Shown here one piece after another: positions 29,187 through 39,421 of a stretch of 64,000 nucleotides of DNA. Positions within the stretch are counted from its first letter, which is position 1; the number at the start of each line of letters is the position of its first letter. The notes under the pieces are model-generated. The model saw only the letters and a list, made by a program, of their open reading frames with translations. It made no database searches and had not been told where the DNA came from. The stretch is from an uncultured Candidatus Saccharibacteria bacterium (GTDB taxonomy: Bacteria; Patescibacteriota; Minisyncoccia; Phycocordibacterales; UBA918), in NCBI GenBank assembly GCA_964350985.1, contig CAYGLK010000001.1:91018-155017 (forward strand), written 5' to 3'. Made by a program: the position numbers and the translations under genes.

Positions 29187-30542
29187 CTAACTACTGTGAG
29201 GAATGACAATCTCTTCTAGTTCATTGTAGTGACTAGTTCCAGAGTGCTTATTGAACCATGGTTCAAAGGCTACTAGGGCAATAGTGGCAATAGTGAGGCC
29301 AACAACCATCGTCGGTACTCCAAGCTTCATCCAACTTATGAAGCTGATTGGGTTGTCAGTTTTCTCTGATTTAGCTACTACAATCACCCCAACAGTAGAA
29401 CCGATTGGCGAACCATTTCCTCCGAAACCAACTCCAAACACTAGCGCCCACCATAGCAGGTCAATTGGTACTCCTTGAGTCCCAAGGTAACCAATGATTG
29501 GAATCATAGCAACTGTGAATGGAATATTATCAATCATGGCTGACAAGACAGCACTAGTCCAAAGTAAGATAATAGCTGTTAGGAGTAGATTACTTTCAGC
29601 TCCAGAGATTAGGAGACCAGCCGCTTCTTTAAGTACACCAGAAAATTCTAGACCACCAACAATCACAAACAAAGATCCAAAGAAAAGTAGAACTGAGAGC
29701 TCACACTTCTCAATAATATGTTGCGGGTCATTATGAGGAGCAACTATGATTAGGGCCAAAGCGGCACCAATTAAAGCAACCATTGAAGCTTCTAAGTGGA
29801 TCAGTGAGTGCGTAAAGAACATGGCTACAACTAAAACCATAATCCAAAGTAATCGCTTCAAAGTCTTTGGATCCTTAATTGCATCTTTTTCGTTCATCAA
29901 CATTAGTTTGTCGATATTTTGCGGCTGGGCTTTTAGATCTTTTCGGAAAATAAGTCTAAATACACCCAAAGTTACAACCCAGGTTACTAAGACAACTGGT
30001 AGTGAGTGAAGTAAGAAATCATTAAAGGTTAGTCCAGCAAAAGAACCAATCATGATGTTTGGAGGGTCTCCAATTAGAGTTGCAGTACCACCAATGTTTG
30101 AGAGTAGGGCCTCAGCCATCAAGATTGGAATTGGGTTGATCTTGAGCATGTCAGCAATAATGATCGTAATTGGTACAATCAAAATGATAGTGGTTACGTT
30201 ATCAAGAATCATCGACAAGAAAGCTGTAATACCAGAAAGAGCTACCATCAAGAGCCAAGGATTACCCTTAGTCTTTTTAGCGGTCCAGATACCTAGATAC
30301 TGGAAAACACCAGTTTTCTCGAGCATCCCGACAATGATCATCATTCCAAAAAGAAGACCAAGGGTATTGAAGTCAACAGACTCAAGGGCTTTTTCAGGAC
30401 TGTAAAAGTCAAAATAAATACCAGCGACAACCATTGTTAAAGCTCCAAAAAGAGCAATAACTGTCCGGTGAATCTTTTCAGTTAAAATGAAGAAGAAAGT
30501 GACCCCAAAAATAAGCAGCGAAATAATTTCAATTGTTTCCAT
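29187..30542 (-). CDS. ArsB/NhaD (SLC13-like, P-protein) ion transporter
   Basis: SMILDNVTT, NIGGTATLIGDPPNIMI, SAMIDNIPF, GGNGSPIGS; many TM segments. Confidence 0.9.
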   Translation of the reverse strand: METIEIISLLIFGVTFFFILTEKIHRTVIALFGALTMVVAGIYFDFYSPEKALESVDFNTLGLLFGMMIIVGMLEKTGVFQYLGIWTAKKTKGNPWLLMVALSGITAFLSMILDNVTTIILIVPITIIIADMLKINPIPILMAEALLSNIGGTATLIGDPPNIMIGSFAGLTFNDFLLHSLPVVLVTWVVTLGVFRLIFRKDLKAQPQNIDKLMLMNEKDAIKDPKTLKRLLWIMVLVVAMFFTHSLIHLEASMVALIGAALALIIVAPHNDPQHIIEKCELSVLLFFGSLFVIVGGLEFSGVLKEAAGLLISGAESNLLLTAIILLWTSAVLSAMIDNIPFTVAMIPIIGYLGTQGVPIDLLWWALVFGVGFGGNGSPIGSTVGVIVVAKSEKTDNPISFISWMKLGVPTMVVGLTIATIALVAFEPWFNKHSGTSHYNELEEIVIPHSS

Positions 30543-30620
30543 ATAAATTTAATAATCAGATAATTTAAAATAAAAAATAATAGGCGCTTTATTTTAAAGG
30601 CGCCTTTATTTTGTTTAGGT

Positions 30621-31079
30621 TTACTCGTTGTCTGCGATGTTTAGTACGTTGGCAATAATGTGTTTTAGTCCCCGTCTTGAGATCATTCCAACCGGACGAC
30701 CGTCTTCGTCAATAACAGGAATATGAGTACGGTGATTAGCAATTGCTATTGAGGCAACTGACATTAGACTTGAAGTAGTCTCAACTGGCGTTAGGGCTGT
30801 AGACATAAATTTCTTTACTGGAGTGTCTTTTGCATCAGTAACAGCCTCAGTAAACATCTCGTCACCAGCAAAGTGCGCAGCAATACTATCTCCGTCAAGG
30901 TATTCTGGAACAATAGCATCCAGTATATCTGACATATTAATTTCACCTACTAATACACCACCTCCGTCAACTACTAATAATGAATTCGTCTTTTCTTGAA
31001 CCATTAAACGAACTGTCTCTTCAAAAGTAGCTTCCTGACTAATGGTGACGGCTGTTTTGGTAATATCTTGAATTTCCAT
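30621..31079 (-). CDS. CBS-domain pair protein
   Basis: LLVVD..GVLVGEI..SDIL and IPVIDEDGRPVGMISRRGL. Confidence 0.88.
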   Translation of the reverse strand: MEIQDITKTAVTISQEATFEETVRLMVQEKTNSLLVVDGGGVLVGEINMSDILDAIVPEYLDGDSIAAHFAGDEMFTEAVTDAKDTPVKKFMSTALTPVETTSSLMSVASIAIANHRTHIPVIDEDGRPVGMISRRGLKHIIANVLNIADNE

Positions 31080-31223
31080 TGCTCGCTATCATACACCTAT
31101 GATTTTAAAATGTATAGACCTTTGGAGTGATAAAGGTGCATAGTAAAATACTCAATAAAATATCTGGTTGGACTAGGACCATTCGCTCTAGCTAGGGTGC
31201 TATAATGCCTACAAGACGAACTT

Positions 31224-34220
31224 ATGACTGATTCTACTAATTTTAAAGCTGCCTTAGCAACACTAAATAAAGCCCAAAAAGAGGCTGTTTTGACTATAGA
31301 AGGGCCGGTCATGGTGATTGCTGGTCCTGGTACTGGAAAGACTCAGATTTTGACTCTCAGAATCGCTAACATCCTCATGGAAACAGATACTGCCCCTGGT
31401 AGTATCTTGGCCCTGACTTTTACAGAGTCTGGTGCCAAGGCTATGCGTGAGCGACTACGTCAGTATATAGGCGCTACTGCTTACCAGGTACCTATTTTTA
31501 CTTTTCATGGTTTTGCGCAAAAGTTGATTTCAGATTATCCAGATGCTTATGAAAGAGTTGTTGGTGGTCGACCAATCAATGACTTAGAAAAAATCACCAA
31601 TATAGAAAATATTATTAATGGTGGGGAAGTAAAGCTCCTTAGACCTTTTGGTAATCCAACTTATTATGTAACTCATATCCTAAGAATTATTGGGCAGTTA
31701 AAACAAGAATACGTAACCCCAGACAACTTCCTAAAGATTATTGAAAGACAAGATCAAGAGCTTTTGGGAATCGAAAAAATTCACCAAAAAGGAGCTCATA
31801 AGGGAAAGGTGAGAGGAGAGTATACTAATAAAGAAAAAAGTATAGCCAAAAATAGAGAGCTGCTTTTTATCTACCGCCAGTATGAGGCTTTACTCGGTGA
31901 GCAAAATTTTTATGATTTTGAAGACATGATTGTTGAGACTATTAATGCTCTTTCAAATAATGAAGGGATGTTAAGGGATCTACAGGAAAATTATCAATAC
32001 ATCTTAGCTGACGAACATCAGGACGTTAATGGTTCTCAAAATAAAATTTTAGAATTATTGTCTTCTTTCCATGAGTCACCAAACATTTTTGTGGTAGGTG
32101 ATGAGAAGCAGGCTATCTATCGCTTTCAAGGAGCGTCTCTAGAAAACTTTTTATATTTTACCGAGCACTATCCAAACACAAAAGTTATTAGTCTTGAAGA
32201 AAATTATCGATCTGGACAACCTATTCTTGATGCAGCACATAGCTTGATGAGAGTTGAGTCAGGACCACTAAAAGAATTACGACTAGAACTCAAGGCTTCA
32301 CTGGTCCCTAAGGCAGAATTAACTAGACACTCTTTTTCTCACCAGGCAGTGGAAGACTTGTGGCTAACTAATGAAGTCAAGAAAAAAATAGACACAGGAG
32401 TATCAGCTAGCGAGATAGCTGTTATTGTTAGAACCAATCGTGAGGTTGAACAGGTAACTACTCTTTTACGTAAGCAAGGCATTGCGGTAATGGCTTCAGC
32501 TGATGGTGATATCTTACAACATCCAATTACTCACGCCGTACAGACTCTGATCCGGGCTGTTGTTACCACTCAAGATCAAACAGCACTCTTTACCGTTTTA
32601 CATGGTGCTTACTGGGGTATTAGTGCTGACGATCTATTTAAAGTTTTGTCAGCTCAGTCTTATGACCATAACCTGTGGCAAATTATTTCTGATCAAAAAT
32701 ATTTGTTGGAGATTGGTGTAGTAGATACTTCTGTGTTTGAAAATATTGTTAGGGTGATCACAGAGGCGAGACAACTAGAAGTTCATGAAGCTCCACATCG
32801 GGTATTAGAATATCTCTTACAAGAGAGTGGATTAATAAAACACCTAGTGAAGTACGATTCGTTTGAAGGTACCAGGGTTGTTCGTAGACTTTATGACGAG
32901 ATTGAATCTTTGGTCTCACGAGAAGGGATAAATACCCTGAAAGCAATCGCTACAGCTTTTGAGTTACGTATCTCATATAATTTACCTCTAAATGCTCCTT
33001 ATATTGTCACTAGTAGTGAATCAGTTCAGGTAATGACAGCCCATAAATCAAAAGGACTCGAATTTGAAGTGGTATTTGTTCCGCATCTAAACGACAATAG
33101 TTGGGGTGGTTCAGGTAAAAAGAAATACTTTGATATTCCTCTAACTAGGCGGCAGATTGAAGAGGAGGATGATTTTATTGAAGACGAGAGAAGATTGTTT
33201 TATGTGGCTATTACTAGAGCAAAAAGTACACTATTTCTCTCTTCTTCAAAAATGAATATTGAAGGCCGTGAATTAACTGAAGCAAGACTCGTTTCTGATA
33301 TTGAACCAGATTTGATTAAAGAAGTTTCCACCAAAGAAATCGAAGATAATTTTGACCCTCTGGCAAATTTAGCCAGAATGGAATCTATGAGTAAGGTAGA
33401 TAACCAACTCTTACTTAAAATTTTAACTGATCGTGGCTTCTCTGCTACTTCATTGAATAATTACTTACGTAGCCCGTGGGATTATTTTTACCGAAATATT
33501 TTACGCATACCTGAAACCCAAGCACCACATATGCAGTTTGGTACTGCTATTCACAACACTTTGGAATATATGACCAAATTCCGAACCCAAAATGGAAAAT
33601 TACCAAAAATATCCGTCTACAAGAAAAAATTAGAACAAGAACTTAGTCGACTACCTCTTAATATCGAAGAATTTTCACGTTTACTAAAAAAAGGCCTAGA
33701 GTCACTAGTGGTCTACACTGAGCATCTAGAAGCTACTTTATCTAAAAGTGCAAAAGAAGAAATGAAAATAAGAGTAGTGCTGGAGACTGGTATTACTGAA
33801 CTACCTGAATTAGTACTTACAGGTAAATTAGATAGGATTGATCTTGATGACAATGGTCAGGCTATAAGAGTGGTTGATTATAAAACAGGGAAGCCAAAGT
33901 CGAGGAATTTCATTGAAGGTAATACTAAAGATGCTGATGGTGGTTACAAAAGACAGTTGGTTTTTTATGCTCTACTTTTATCACTTCATGATGATGAAAG
34001 GTATGTTTGTAGTGAAGGGACGTTGTCTTTTGTAGAGCCTGACGCAAAGGGTCAGATCAAAGAAGAGAGTTTTGCTATTACACAGCGAGAGATAGAGGCA
34101 CTTAAAACAGAGATAATTTCATCAGTGAAAGAAATTATTACCGGGGAATTTCTAAAGTCAGACTGCGATCCTAAAACTTCTGATTATTGTGACTTGGTAG
34201 AGCAATTTAAAAATAAATAG
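31224..34220 (+). CDS. UvrD/PcrA-like SF1 helicase fused to a PD-(D/E)XK nuclease
   Basis: AGPGTGKT, ADEHQD, VGDEKQAIYRFQGA, MTAHKSKGLEF, ERRLFYVAITRA; C-terminal GKLDRID..VVDYKTG..QL..YA. Confidence 0.92.
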   Translation: MTDSTNFKAALATLNKAQKEAVLTIEGPVMVIAGPGTGKTQILTLRIANILMETDTAPGSILALTFTESGAKAMRERLRQYIGATAYQVPIFTFHGFAQKLISDYPDAYERVVGGRPINDLEKITNIENIINGGEVKLLRPFGNPTYYVTHILRIIGQLKQEYVTPDNFLKIIERQDQELLGIEKIHQKGAHKGKVRGEYTNKEKSIAKNRELLFIYRQYEALLGEQNFYDFEDMIVETINALSNNEGMLRDLQENYQYILADEHQDVNGSQNKILELLSSFHESPNIFVVGDEKQAIYRFQGASLENFLYFTEHYPNTKVISLEENYRSGQPILDAAHSLMRVESGPLKELRLELKASLVPKAELTRHSFSHQAVEDLWLTNEVKKKIDTGVSASEIAVIVRTNREVEQVTTLLRKQGIAVMASADGDILQHPITHAVQTLIRAVVTTQDQTALFTVLHGAYWGISADDLFKVLSAQSYDHNLWQIISDQKYLLEIGVVDTSVFENIVRVITEARQLEVHEAPHRVLEYLLQESGLIKHLVKYDSFEGTRVVRRLYDEIESLVSREGINTLKAIATAFELRISYNLPLNAPYIVTSSESVQVMTAHKSKGLEFEVVFVPHLNDNSWGGSGKKKYFDIPLTRRQIEEEDDFIEDERRLFYVAITRAKSTLFLSSSKMNIEGRELTEARLVSDIEPDLIKEVSTKEIEDNFDPLANLARMESMSKVDNQLLLKILTDRGFSATSLNNYLRSPWDYFYRNILRIPETQAPHMQFGTAIHNTLEYMTKFRTQNGKLPKISVYKKKLEQELSRLPLNIEEFSRLLKKGLESLVVYTEHLEATLSKSAKEEMKIRVVLETGITELPELVLTGKLDRIDLDDNGQAIRVVDYKTGKPKSRNFIEGNTKDADGGYKRQLVFYALLLSLHDDERYVCSEGTLSFVEPDAKGQIKEESFAITQREIEALKTEIISSVKEIITGEFLKSDCDPKTSDYCDLVEQFKNK

Positions 34221-34258
34221 AAAAAGACTCGGATCACTAGTGATCCGAGTCTTTTTCT
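34219..34258. terminator. 40-bp perfect palindrome, bidirectional terminator
   Basis: AGAAAAAGACTCGGATCACT|AGTGATCCGAGTCTTTTTCT between convergent genes. Confidence 0.85.
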
Positions 34259-34266
34259 TTTAGTAA

Positions 34267-34998
34267 TTATTCTGTTTCTCTACCTTCAAGTTGACCAATC
34301 AAGTTATCAACAATTTGTTTGACTACAGCATATGGTTGTGCACCTTCAATTGGAGCCTGTTGGTTACCGATTAAGACAAAAGAATGTGGTGTTCCTTGGA
34401 TTCCTGCTGCTACGGCTTCGTTGTAACTAGCTGTTACCCTGTCTTTCATTTGACCACTGTTTAGACAAGCGTTAAATTCAGCCTCATTCGCTCCCGCACT
34501 AACAGCATATTCAGGCAGTCTAGTAATATTTGTTGGTTCGTTTATATCTCTTTCATTGAAAACTAGGTCACTAAAAGCCCAGAAAGCGTCGTTGCCAGCA
34601 ATTTCACCTACACAAAGAGCTGCTTCTGAGATACGAGGGGCATTTGGGTGTAGTTGTGCGATTGGGAATTGACGGTAAACCCAGGCAACTTTTCCACTTA
34701 CTCCGTATTCGTCCATAACTTGATTCATCGTGTCATGGTAACGCTTACAGAAAGGGCAGTCATAGTCAGAGTATTCAACAATTAAAATTGGGGCATTTGG
34801 ATTTCCTCTAATAAAGTCAGTTTCATCAACTGGTCTGATTTCCGCCTTCTCTACAACTTGTGGTTGGGCATTGTCTGCTGTTACATTGAGAGCTGGAGCC
34901 TTATTTCCAGTAAAATAAATCGCAGCAGCGATTAGTGCAAAACCTAATATAATTGATATTGGTATTGCCAAAGATGATTTTGAAGATTGTGGTTCCAT
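34267..34998 (-). CDS. DsbA family thiol-disulfide oxidoreductase
   Basis: N-terminal TM anchor, EYSDYDCPFC, GIQGTP, GAQP. Confidence 0.93.
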   Translation of the reverse strand: MEPQSSKSSLAIPISIILGFALIAAAIYFTGNKAPALNVTADNAQPQVVEKAEIRPVDETDFIRGNPNAPILIVEYSDYDCPFCKRYHDTMNQVMDEYGVSGKVAWVYRQFPIAQLHPNAPRISEAALCVGEIAGNDAFWAFSDLVFNERDINEPTNITRLPEYAVSAGANEAEFNACLNSGQMKDRVTASYNEAVAAGIQGTPHSFVLIGNQQAPIEGAQPYAVVKQIVDNLIGQLEGRETE

Positions 34999-35063
34999 AA
35001 TATGATTTATTGTTATGTAGACATTATATCATGTTGTTTAAATGAGGTGGTATAATATTATCC

Positions 35064-35873
35064 ATGGATATTACTGGAGCACTTATTTTAGGTTTAGTAC
35101 AAGGAATAGCTGAATTTTTACCAATTTCTTCTAGCGGGCACTTGGTAATTGTCCGTGATTTTTTGACTCTAGACACTACCAATGCGCTGGCTTTTGACGC
35201 TTTGTTACATCTTTCGACAACAGCGGCAGTTACTATTTATTTCTGGTCAGATATCTGGGCTATGATTCAGACTGCTATTAGAAAGCTTGGGCGACTTCCG
35301 GTAAATGAAAAAGATTTAGTACTTCTCTACGCCTTATTTTTTGGAACAATTCCAGCAGTCATTTTTGGTCTACTCCTAGAGCCATTGATGGAAAAATATT
35401 TATACTCACCATTAATAGTCGCTGGTATCCTGGCGGTGGCAGCACTTTTCTTTATGTATGCTGAGTGGAGATACTACGTTAACCCACCACGAGGTGTGCT
35501 TACTGTCCGTCGGGGTGTATTAGTCGGCTTCTTTCAGGTAATCGCTCTCTTACCTGGTTTCTCTCGCTCAGGAGCTACTTTAGCAGGAGGAATGCTCCTT
35601 GGACTAACTCGTTTAGAGGCAGCTAGGTTTTCATTCTTGCTGGCGATTCCTATAACGGCTGGGTTGGGTATAAAAAAGCTACTTGAGTTAATAGTAACTG
35701 GAGGATCAGTATCCTGGGTCTTAATATTGGTTGGTACAACGGTAAGTTTTGTTAGTGCCCTGATTGTTATCCATTTCTTCTTAGCTTTTATAAGAAAGTA
35801 CACTCTGTGGCCTTTTATCTGGTATACCTTAGTCTTGGCAGCTGTTGTTGCTTACGTAGCGCTTTACGTATAG
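35064..35873 (+). CDS. uppP: undecaprenyl-diphosphate phosphatase
   Basis: GLVQGIAEFLPISSSGHL, PGFSRSGAT, AARFSFLLAIP. Confidence 0.96.
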   Translation: MDITGALILGLVQGIAEFLPISSSGHLVIVRDFLTLDTTNALAFDALLHLSTTAAVTIYFWSDIWAMIQTAIRKLGRLPVNEKDLVLLYALFFGTIPAVIFGLLLEPLMEKYLYSPLIVAGILAVAALFFMYAEWRYYVNPPRGVLTVRRGVLVGFFQVIALLPGFSRSGATLAGGMLLGLTRLEAARFSFLLAIPITAGLGIKKLLELIVTGGSVSWVLILVGTTVSFVSALIVIHFFLAFIRKYTLWPFIWYTLVLAAVVAYVALYV

Positions 35874-35880
35874 TAAAGAC

Positions 35881-36453
35881 TTAAAAAAGAAGAGAGTGAG
35901 TCATCGATGATTCTTCTTTTACAATCCAATCAGAAGTATCAAGGGGAATTTCTTTTTTTCTAAAACCATCCTTAAATTTTAAATGACCATTCTTAAGAGC
36001 ATAATCAAAGATTTTTTTGGTCACTTTTACATCCTGTTCACAATATTTTTTTATTTCATCTATTTTACCTTCACGCCACCAACGTATCGCTTGGAGTCCG
36101 TTTGCGGTTTTCTTGGCGCCAACAGTGGCTTCTGCCACGCTATCTAGCCTTAACCTTCGTCCTAAAGACTTTTTAATTTCTGCCATTAAGTCAATACTTT
36201 TAATTGCAGTTAGGTCTCCTGGGTAATACTTGTTTAGTAAAGGAATATCAAAGTGATCGGTGTTATAACCAACCAAAGCATCAGCTTTTTCTAAAAGTGG
36301 CCATACAGTTTGAAGTTCACTAACTTCAACTGTTGTGTATTTGTCTGTTTCACTATCATAAAATGTACCGACAGAAATATCTAAAGCAGCCGGATTATTG
36401 CCGACGTCCTGAAGAAGGTTTTGAGTTTCAAGGTCAAAAATAACGTAACGCAT
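35881..36453 (-). CDS. RNase H-like DEDD 3'-5' exonuclease (YprB/RNase_H_2-like)
   Basis: FDLET, VGYNTDHFDIP, LDSVA, YCEQDV. Confidence 0.85.
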   Translation of the reverse strand: MRYVIFDLETQNLLQDVGNNPAALDISVGTFYDSETDKYTTVEVSELQTVWPLLEKADALVGYNTDHFDIPLLNKYYPGDLTAIKSIDLMAEIKKSLGRRLRLDSVAEATVGAKKTANGLQAIRWWREGKIDEIKKYCEQDVKVTKKIFDYALKNGHLKFKDGFRKKEIPLDTSDWIVKEESSMTHSLLF

Positions 36454-36458
36454 CAAAC

Positions 36459-37721
36459 TTATTTTAGGATTAATTTAATTATATTTTCAAGAGTGTCTTT
36501 TGTTTCAGTTTCTGAAACCAGGTTTTTTAGAGTGAAAACTTGGCTAGCGACTTCCTCTTCGCCAACAATGACAACAAAACTACTACCTTGACTGACTGCT
36601 CCGGCAATCTTCTTGCCAATCTTTTTGTTACTAATATCAGTAGTGACACTAAGGCCTGCTTCGCGTATTAGCTTGGCTAGTTTTTGACTCTCTAGGTTTT
36701 GCTCAGTGTCAGTAGGAATTACAGTGACAAATGCCCCTGTCTTAGTTACAGATTCTGGTAGAAGATCATGTGTTTCTAGAAAATCTCGCATAGTCACGTC
36801 ACCCATACCAAAACCAATTCCTGGGATAGCGTCATCACTAAACATGGCAGTTAAGTTGTCGTAGCGACCACCCCCTAACATCGAGCGATTATTGTCAGGA
36901 TGTTTATCAACTATTTCAAAAATCGTACCGGTGTAGTAGTTGAAACCACGAGCTATGGATCGGTCAATTTTTACATTGTGTATTCCTAGCGCAGCTAGCG
37001 CTTTAGTAACCTGGTTTTCGCCACTAGTATTCTCTACTAATTCTGTGACTTTTGGTATTAATTCGTCATTATTTAGAATAAAAGATAATGTTTCTCGGTA
37101 TTGTTCTTTTGAAATTTTCTTCTTGAGGTCGTTAAGTTTACTGAGTTGGTTGATTTTTTCATTATCAGTAATACCAATTTGGTTGTAGAGCTCTGCCATT
37201 TCGCGACGGTCATTTATTAGAATTTCAAACATTTCTGGAGTAGCACCAAAATCAATAAATAGTTGGTACGCCAAGACTATCAGTTCAACATCTGAAGAAA
37301 TATGGTCTGAGCCAAATAAATCACAGTTCAGCTGCCAGTGTTCTCGTAAACGTCCGCGCTGAGGACGTTCATAACGATAGAGACTAGGTATAGAGTACCA
37401 GCGTAAAGGGAAGTTTAGTTCACGTCGTTTGCCAGCCACCATACGAGCTACGGTCGGAGTCATCTCTGGACGAAGAGTAACTTCTCTATCTCCACGATCA
37501 GTAAAAGTATAGGTCTGTTCATTAACTATTTCTTCACTTTCAGAACCTTTTGCTTTGTATAAGGCAGCTGGTTCAAGGATTGAAGCATCGTAGCGCTCAT
37601 AGCCAAAAGACTCAGCTGTTTTTGACCAAGTATCAAAAATATATCTTTGAACCGCCATCTCTTTAGGGTAGAAATCCCTTACTCCTTTATATGATTCAGT
37701 AGACTGGTGTTCTTTTTTCAT
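36459..37721 (-). CDS. hisS: histidine--tRNA ligase
   Basis: KGVRDFYP, LRPEMTP, RYERPQRGRLREHWQ, RGFNYYTG, GGGRYDNL. Confidence 0.97.
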   Translation of the reverse strand: MKKEHQSTESYKGVRDFYPKEMAVQRYIFDTWSKTAESFGYERYDASILEPAALYKAKGSESEEIVNEQTYTFTDRGDREVTLRPEMTPTVARMVAGKRRELNFPLRWYSIPSLYRYERPQRGRLREHWQLNCDLFGSDHISSDVELIVLAYQLFIDFGATPEMFEILINDRREMAELYNQIGITDNEKINQLSKLNDLKKKISKEQYRETLSFILNNDELIPKVTELVENTSGENQVTKALAALGIHNVKIDRSIARGFNYYTGTIFEIVDKHPDNNRSMLGGGRYDNLTAMFSDDAIPGIGFGMGDVTMRDFLETHDLLPESVTKTGAFVTVIPTDTEQNLESQKLAKLIREAGLSVTTDISNKKIGKKIAGAVSQGSSFVVIVGEEEVASQVFTLKNLVSETETKDTLENIIKLILK

Positions 37722-37766
37722 AAAGTGATTGTATTTTAGTAGGCGGGGTAATGCAAGTAAGGGTGA

Positions 37767-38324
37767 TTATTCAATATCTACACCACGCAATGATTGCAGT
37801 CTTTCATCCATTGCTTTTTGAATAGTAGATTGTAGTTCACGAGGATCAGGTAAGCCCACGGAGACAAAGTTGCTTTCAGCTGCACTGGCAGTTTGAGCTC
37901 TAAGTGTTCCATAGTTCAGAAAAGTAGGAATAATACCTTTGATAGTTACTTTTATATCTTGCAGACGTTCCAGTCTAAAACTACTAACTTTACGGTTAAA
38001 GAAGTGCACTTGATCAACTGTAATAATCCTTCTGTCAGTAATAATCCAAAGATCAAGAAAGTAATGAGTCCAGATCATAAAAGCAGATAAGCTGATCATT
38101 AAAGTCCAAAACAAAGCTGCAAAAATAAAAATTGCTTCGTAGTCTAGGATTAAGCTGGTAATGGCGCTAGTGTTAGGGATTAGGAAAAGAAAGCTAAAAA
38201 TTAATATTGGAATGAAAATTAAAAAGATAGTAGCCGCTAGTTCAGTTACAATAATAAACCAATGTTTTCTGACAACTTTTAATACCGCTTCTGACTCCTC
38301 TAATTCTATCTTCTCAAATAACAT
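37767..38324 (-). CDS. membrane protein with bacterial PH (bPH_2) domain
   Basis: RKHW, two TM segments, WIITDRRII, RLQDI, NYGTL..TA. Confidence 0.8.
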   Translation of the reverse strand: MLFEKIELEESEAVLKVVRKHWFIIVTELAATIFLIFIPILIFSFLFLIPNTSAITSLILDYEAIFIFAALFWTLMISLSAFMIWTHYFLDLWIITDRRIITVDQVHFFNRKVSSFRLERLQDIKVTIKGIIPTFLNYGTLRAQTASAAESNFVSVGLPDPRELQSTIQKAMDERLQSLRGVDIE

Positions 38325-38328
38325 AAAT

Positions 38329-38544
38329 TTATATATAAAGAGTAGTAACACCTAAAGCTATCAGTAAAGGAATGTTTGTTGCTAAATAGAGGATAAGAGT
38401 AATGCTGGAAACCTTGGTGTCAGGACTGTATGAGTTCCAGTGGTAATACATTATTAAAGAAAAGATAACAAAAATAAACGCAGACAAGTAAAAAACTAGC
38501 ATAGCTACTGTTTGCAGAGAAATAGTTAGTACTATCTGTTCCAT
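38329..38544 (-). CDS. small two-TM membrane protein
   Basis: 71 aa, YHW..Y motif between two hydrophobic segments; tightly packed in operon. Confidence 0.75.
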   Translation of the reverse strand: MEQIVLTISLQTVAMLVFYLSAFIFVIFSLIMYYHWNSYSPDTKVSSITLILYLATNIPLLIALGVTTLYI

Positions 38545-38550
38545 ATCAGT

Positions 38551-39312
38551 TTATTGTAGCACTAGTTTAGAGAAGCGATCTAGGCCGTATTGGTCTTTTT
38601 GGGTACTACAATCAAATTTTTCTTTAGCTAAATCTGCAATATCATCAGTTTGTTCTGGCTCATGTTCAATCCAGAGTTGGCCACCAGGGTTTAAAAAGTC
38701 TCCCGCTTCTTTAACAATTCGTTTGATTAACTCTAACCCATGATCACCGCCATAAAGTGCTAGCTTGGGTTCGTGGTTTTTCACAGAACTTTCTGTTCGA
38801 TCGAGCATGGGATCTATGTATGGTGGATTACTAACAATAAAATCGTATGTTGCTAATTTGTCCGAAAAAGCAAGATCAAATAAATCTCCTGATAAAATCC
38901 TGGTTCTATCCAGATCAATCTCATTTAATTGAGCGTTCTTGGTAATAGTTGGTAAGTGGGCCATGTCGACTTCAATAAAATCCACCTGACTTTCTGGGAT
39001 TGCCTTAGCAATGGCAATCCCAATACAACCGCTACCAGCACAAAGGTCGAGTATTTTTATTGGTTTATCGTCAGACCTATTTAGGGATTTAATTTCTTCT
39101 ATGACTTTTTCAACCCAAAACTCCGTTTCTGTTCTTGGAATAAGTGGTCTAGAAGTTAGTGAAATTTTAGTGTTAAGAAAAGGAACGAAGCCGATGATAA
39201 AAGCCAAAGGAGTACCGTCTTTAAGTTTTTCGACGTCCTCAAGGAAAGCGTCAGTTTTTTCTCCTTGATATTTTTCTTGGAGTAGCCAATTAATCTCTTG
39301 TTCAATATTCAT
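38551..39312 (-). CDS. prmC: release factor glutamine methyltransferase
   Basis: PLAFIIG, LIPRTETE, LDLCAGSGCIG, SNPPYI, HEP..AL.GG..GL. Confidence 0.93.
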   Translation of the reverse strand: MNIEQEINWLLQEKYQGEKTDAFLEDVEKLKDGTPLAFIIGFVPFLNTKISLTSRPLIPRTETEFWVEKVIEEIKSLNRSDDKPIKILDLCAGSGCIGIAIAKAIPESQVDFIEVDMAHLPTITKNAQLNEIDLDRTRILSGDLFDLAFSDKLATYDFIVSNPPYIDPMLDRTESSVKNHEPKLALYGGDHGLELIKRIVKEAGDFLNPGGQLWIEHEPEQTDDIADLAKEKFDCSTQKDQYGLDRFSKLVLQ

Positions 39313-39421
39313 ATCTTCTAAATAATTTAGCACAAAATATCACAAGAATCTTTTATTTAGTTATTAGTTGCCAACACTATGGTCTGTGGTTCAAATATTA
39401 TTTTGCTACACTTATTATATT

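Noticed and set aside
29251-30405. Chain of + strand ORFs opposite the transporter, and similar antisense ORFs within smc, rpoBC, rpoD and the atp genes
   Set aside because: Shadow ORFs caused by codon bias of the real gene on the opposite strand
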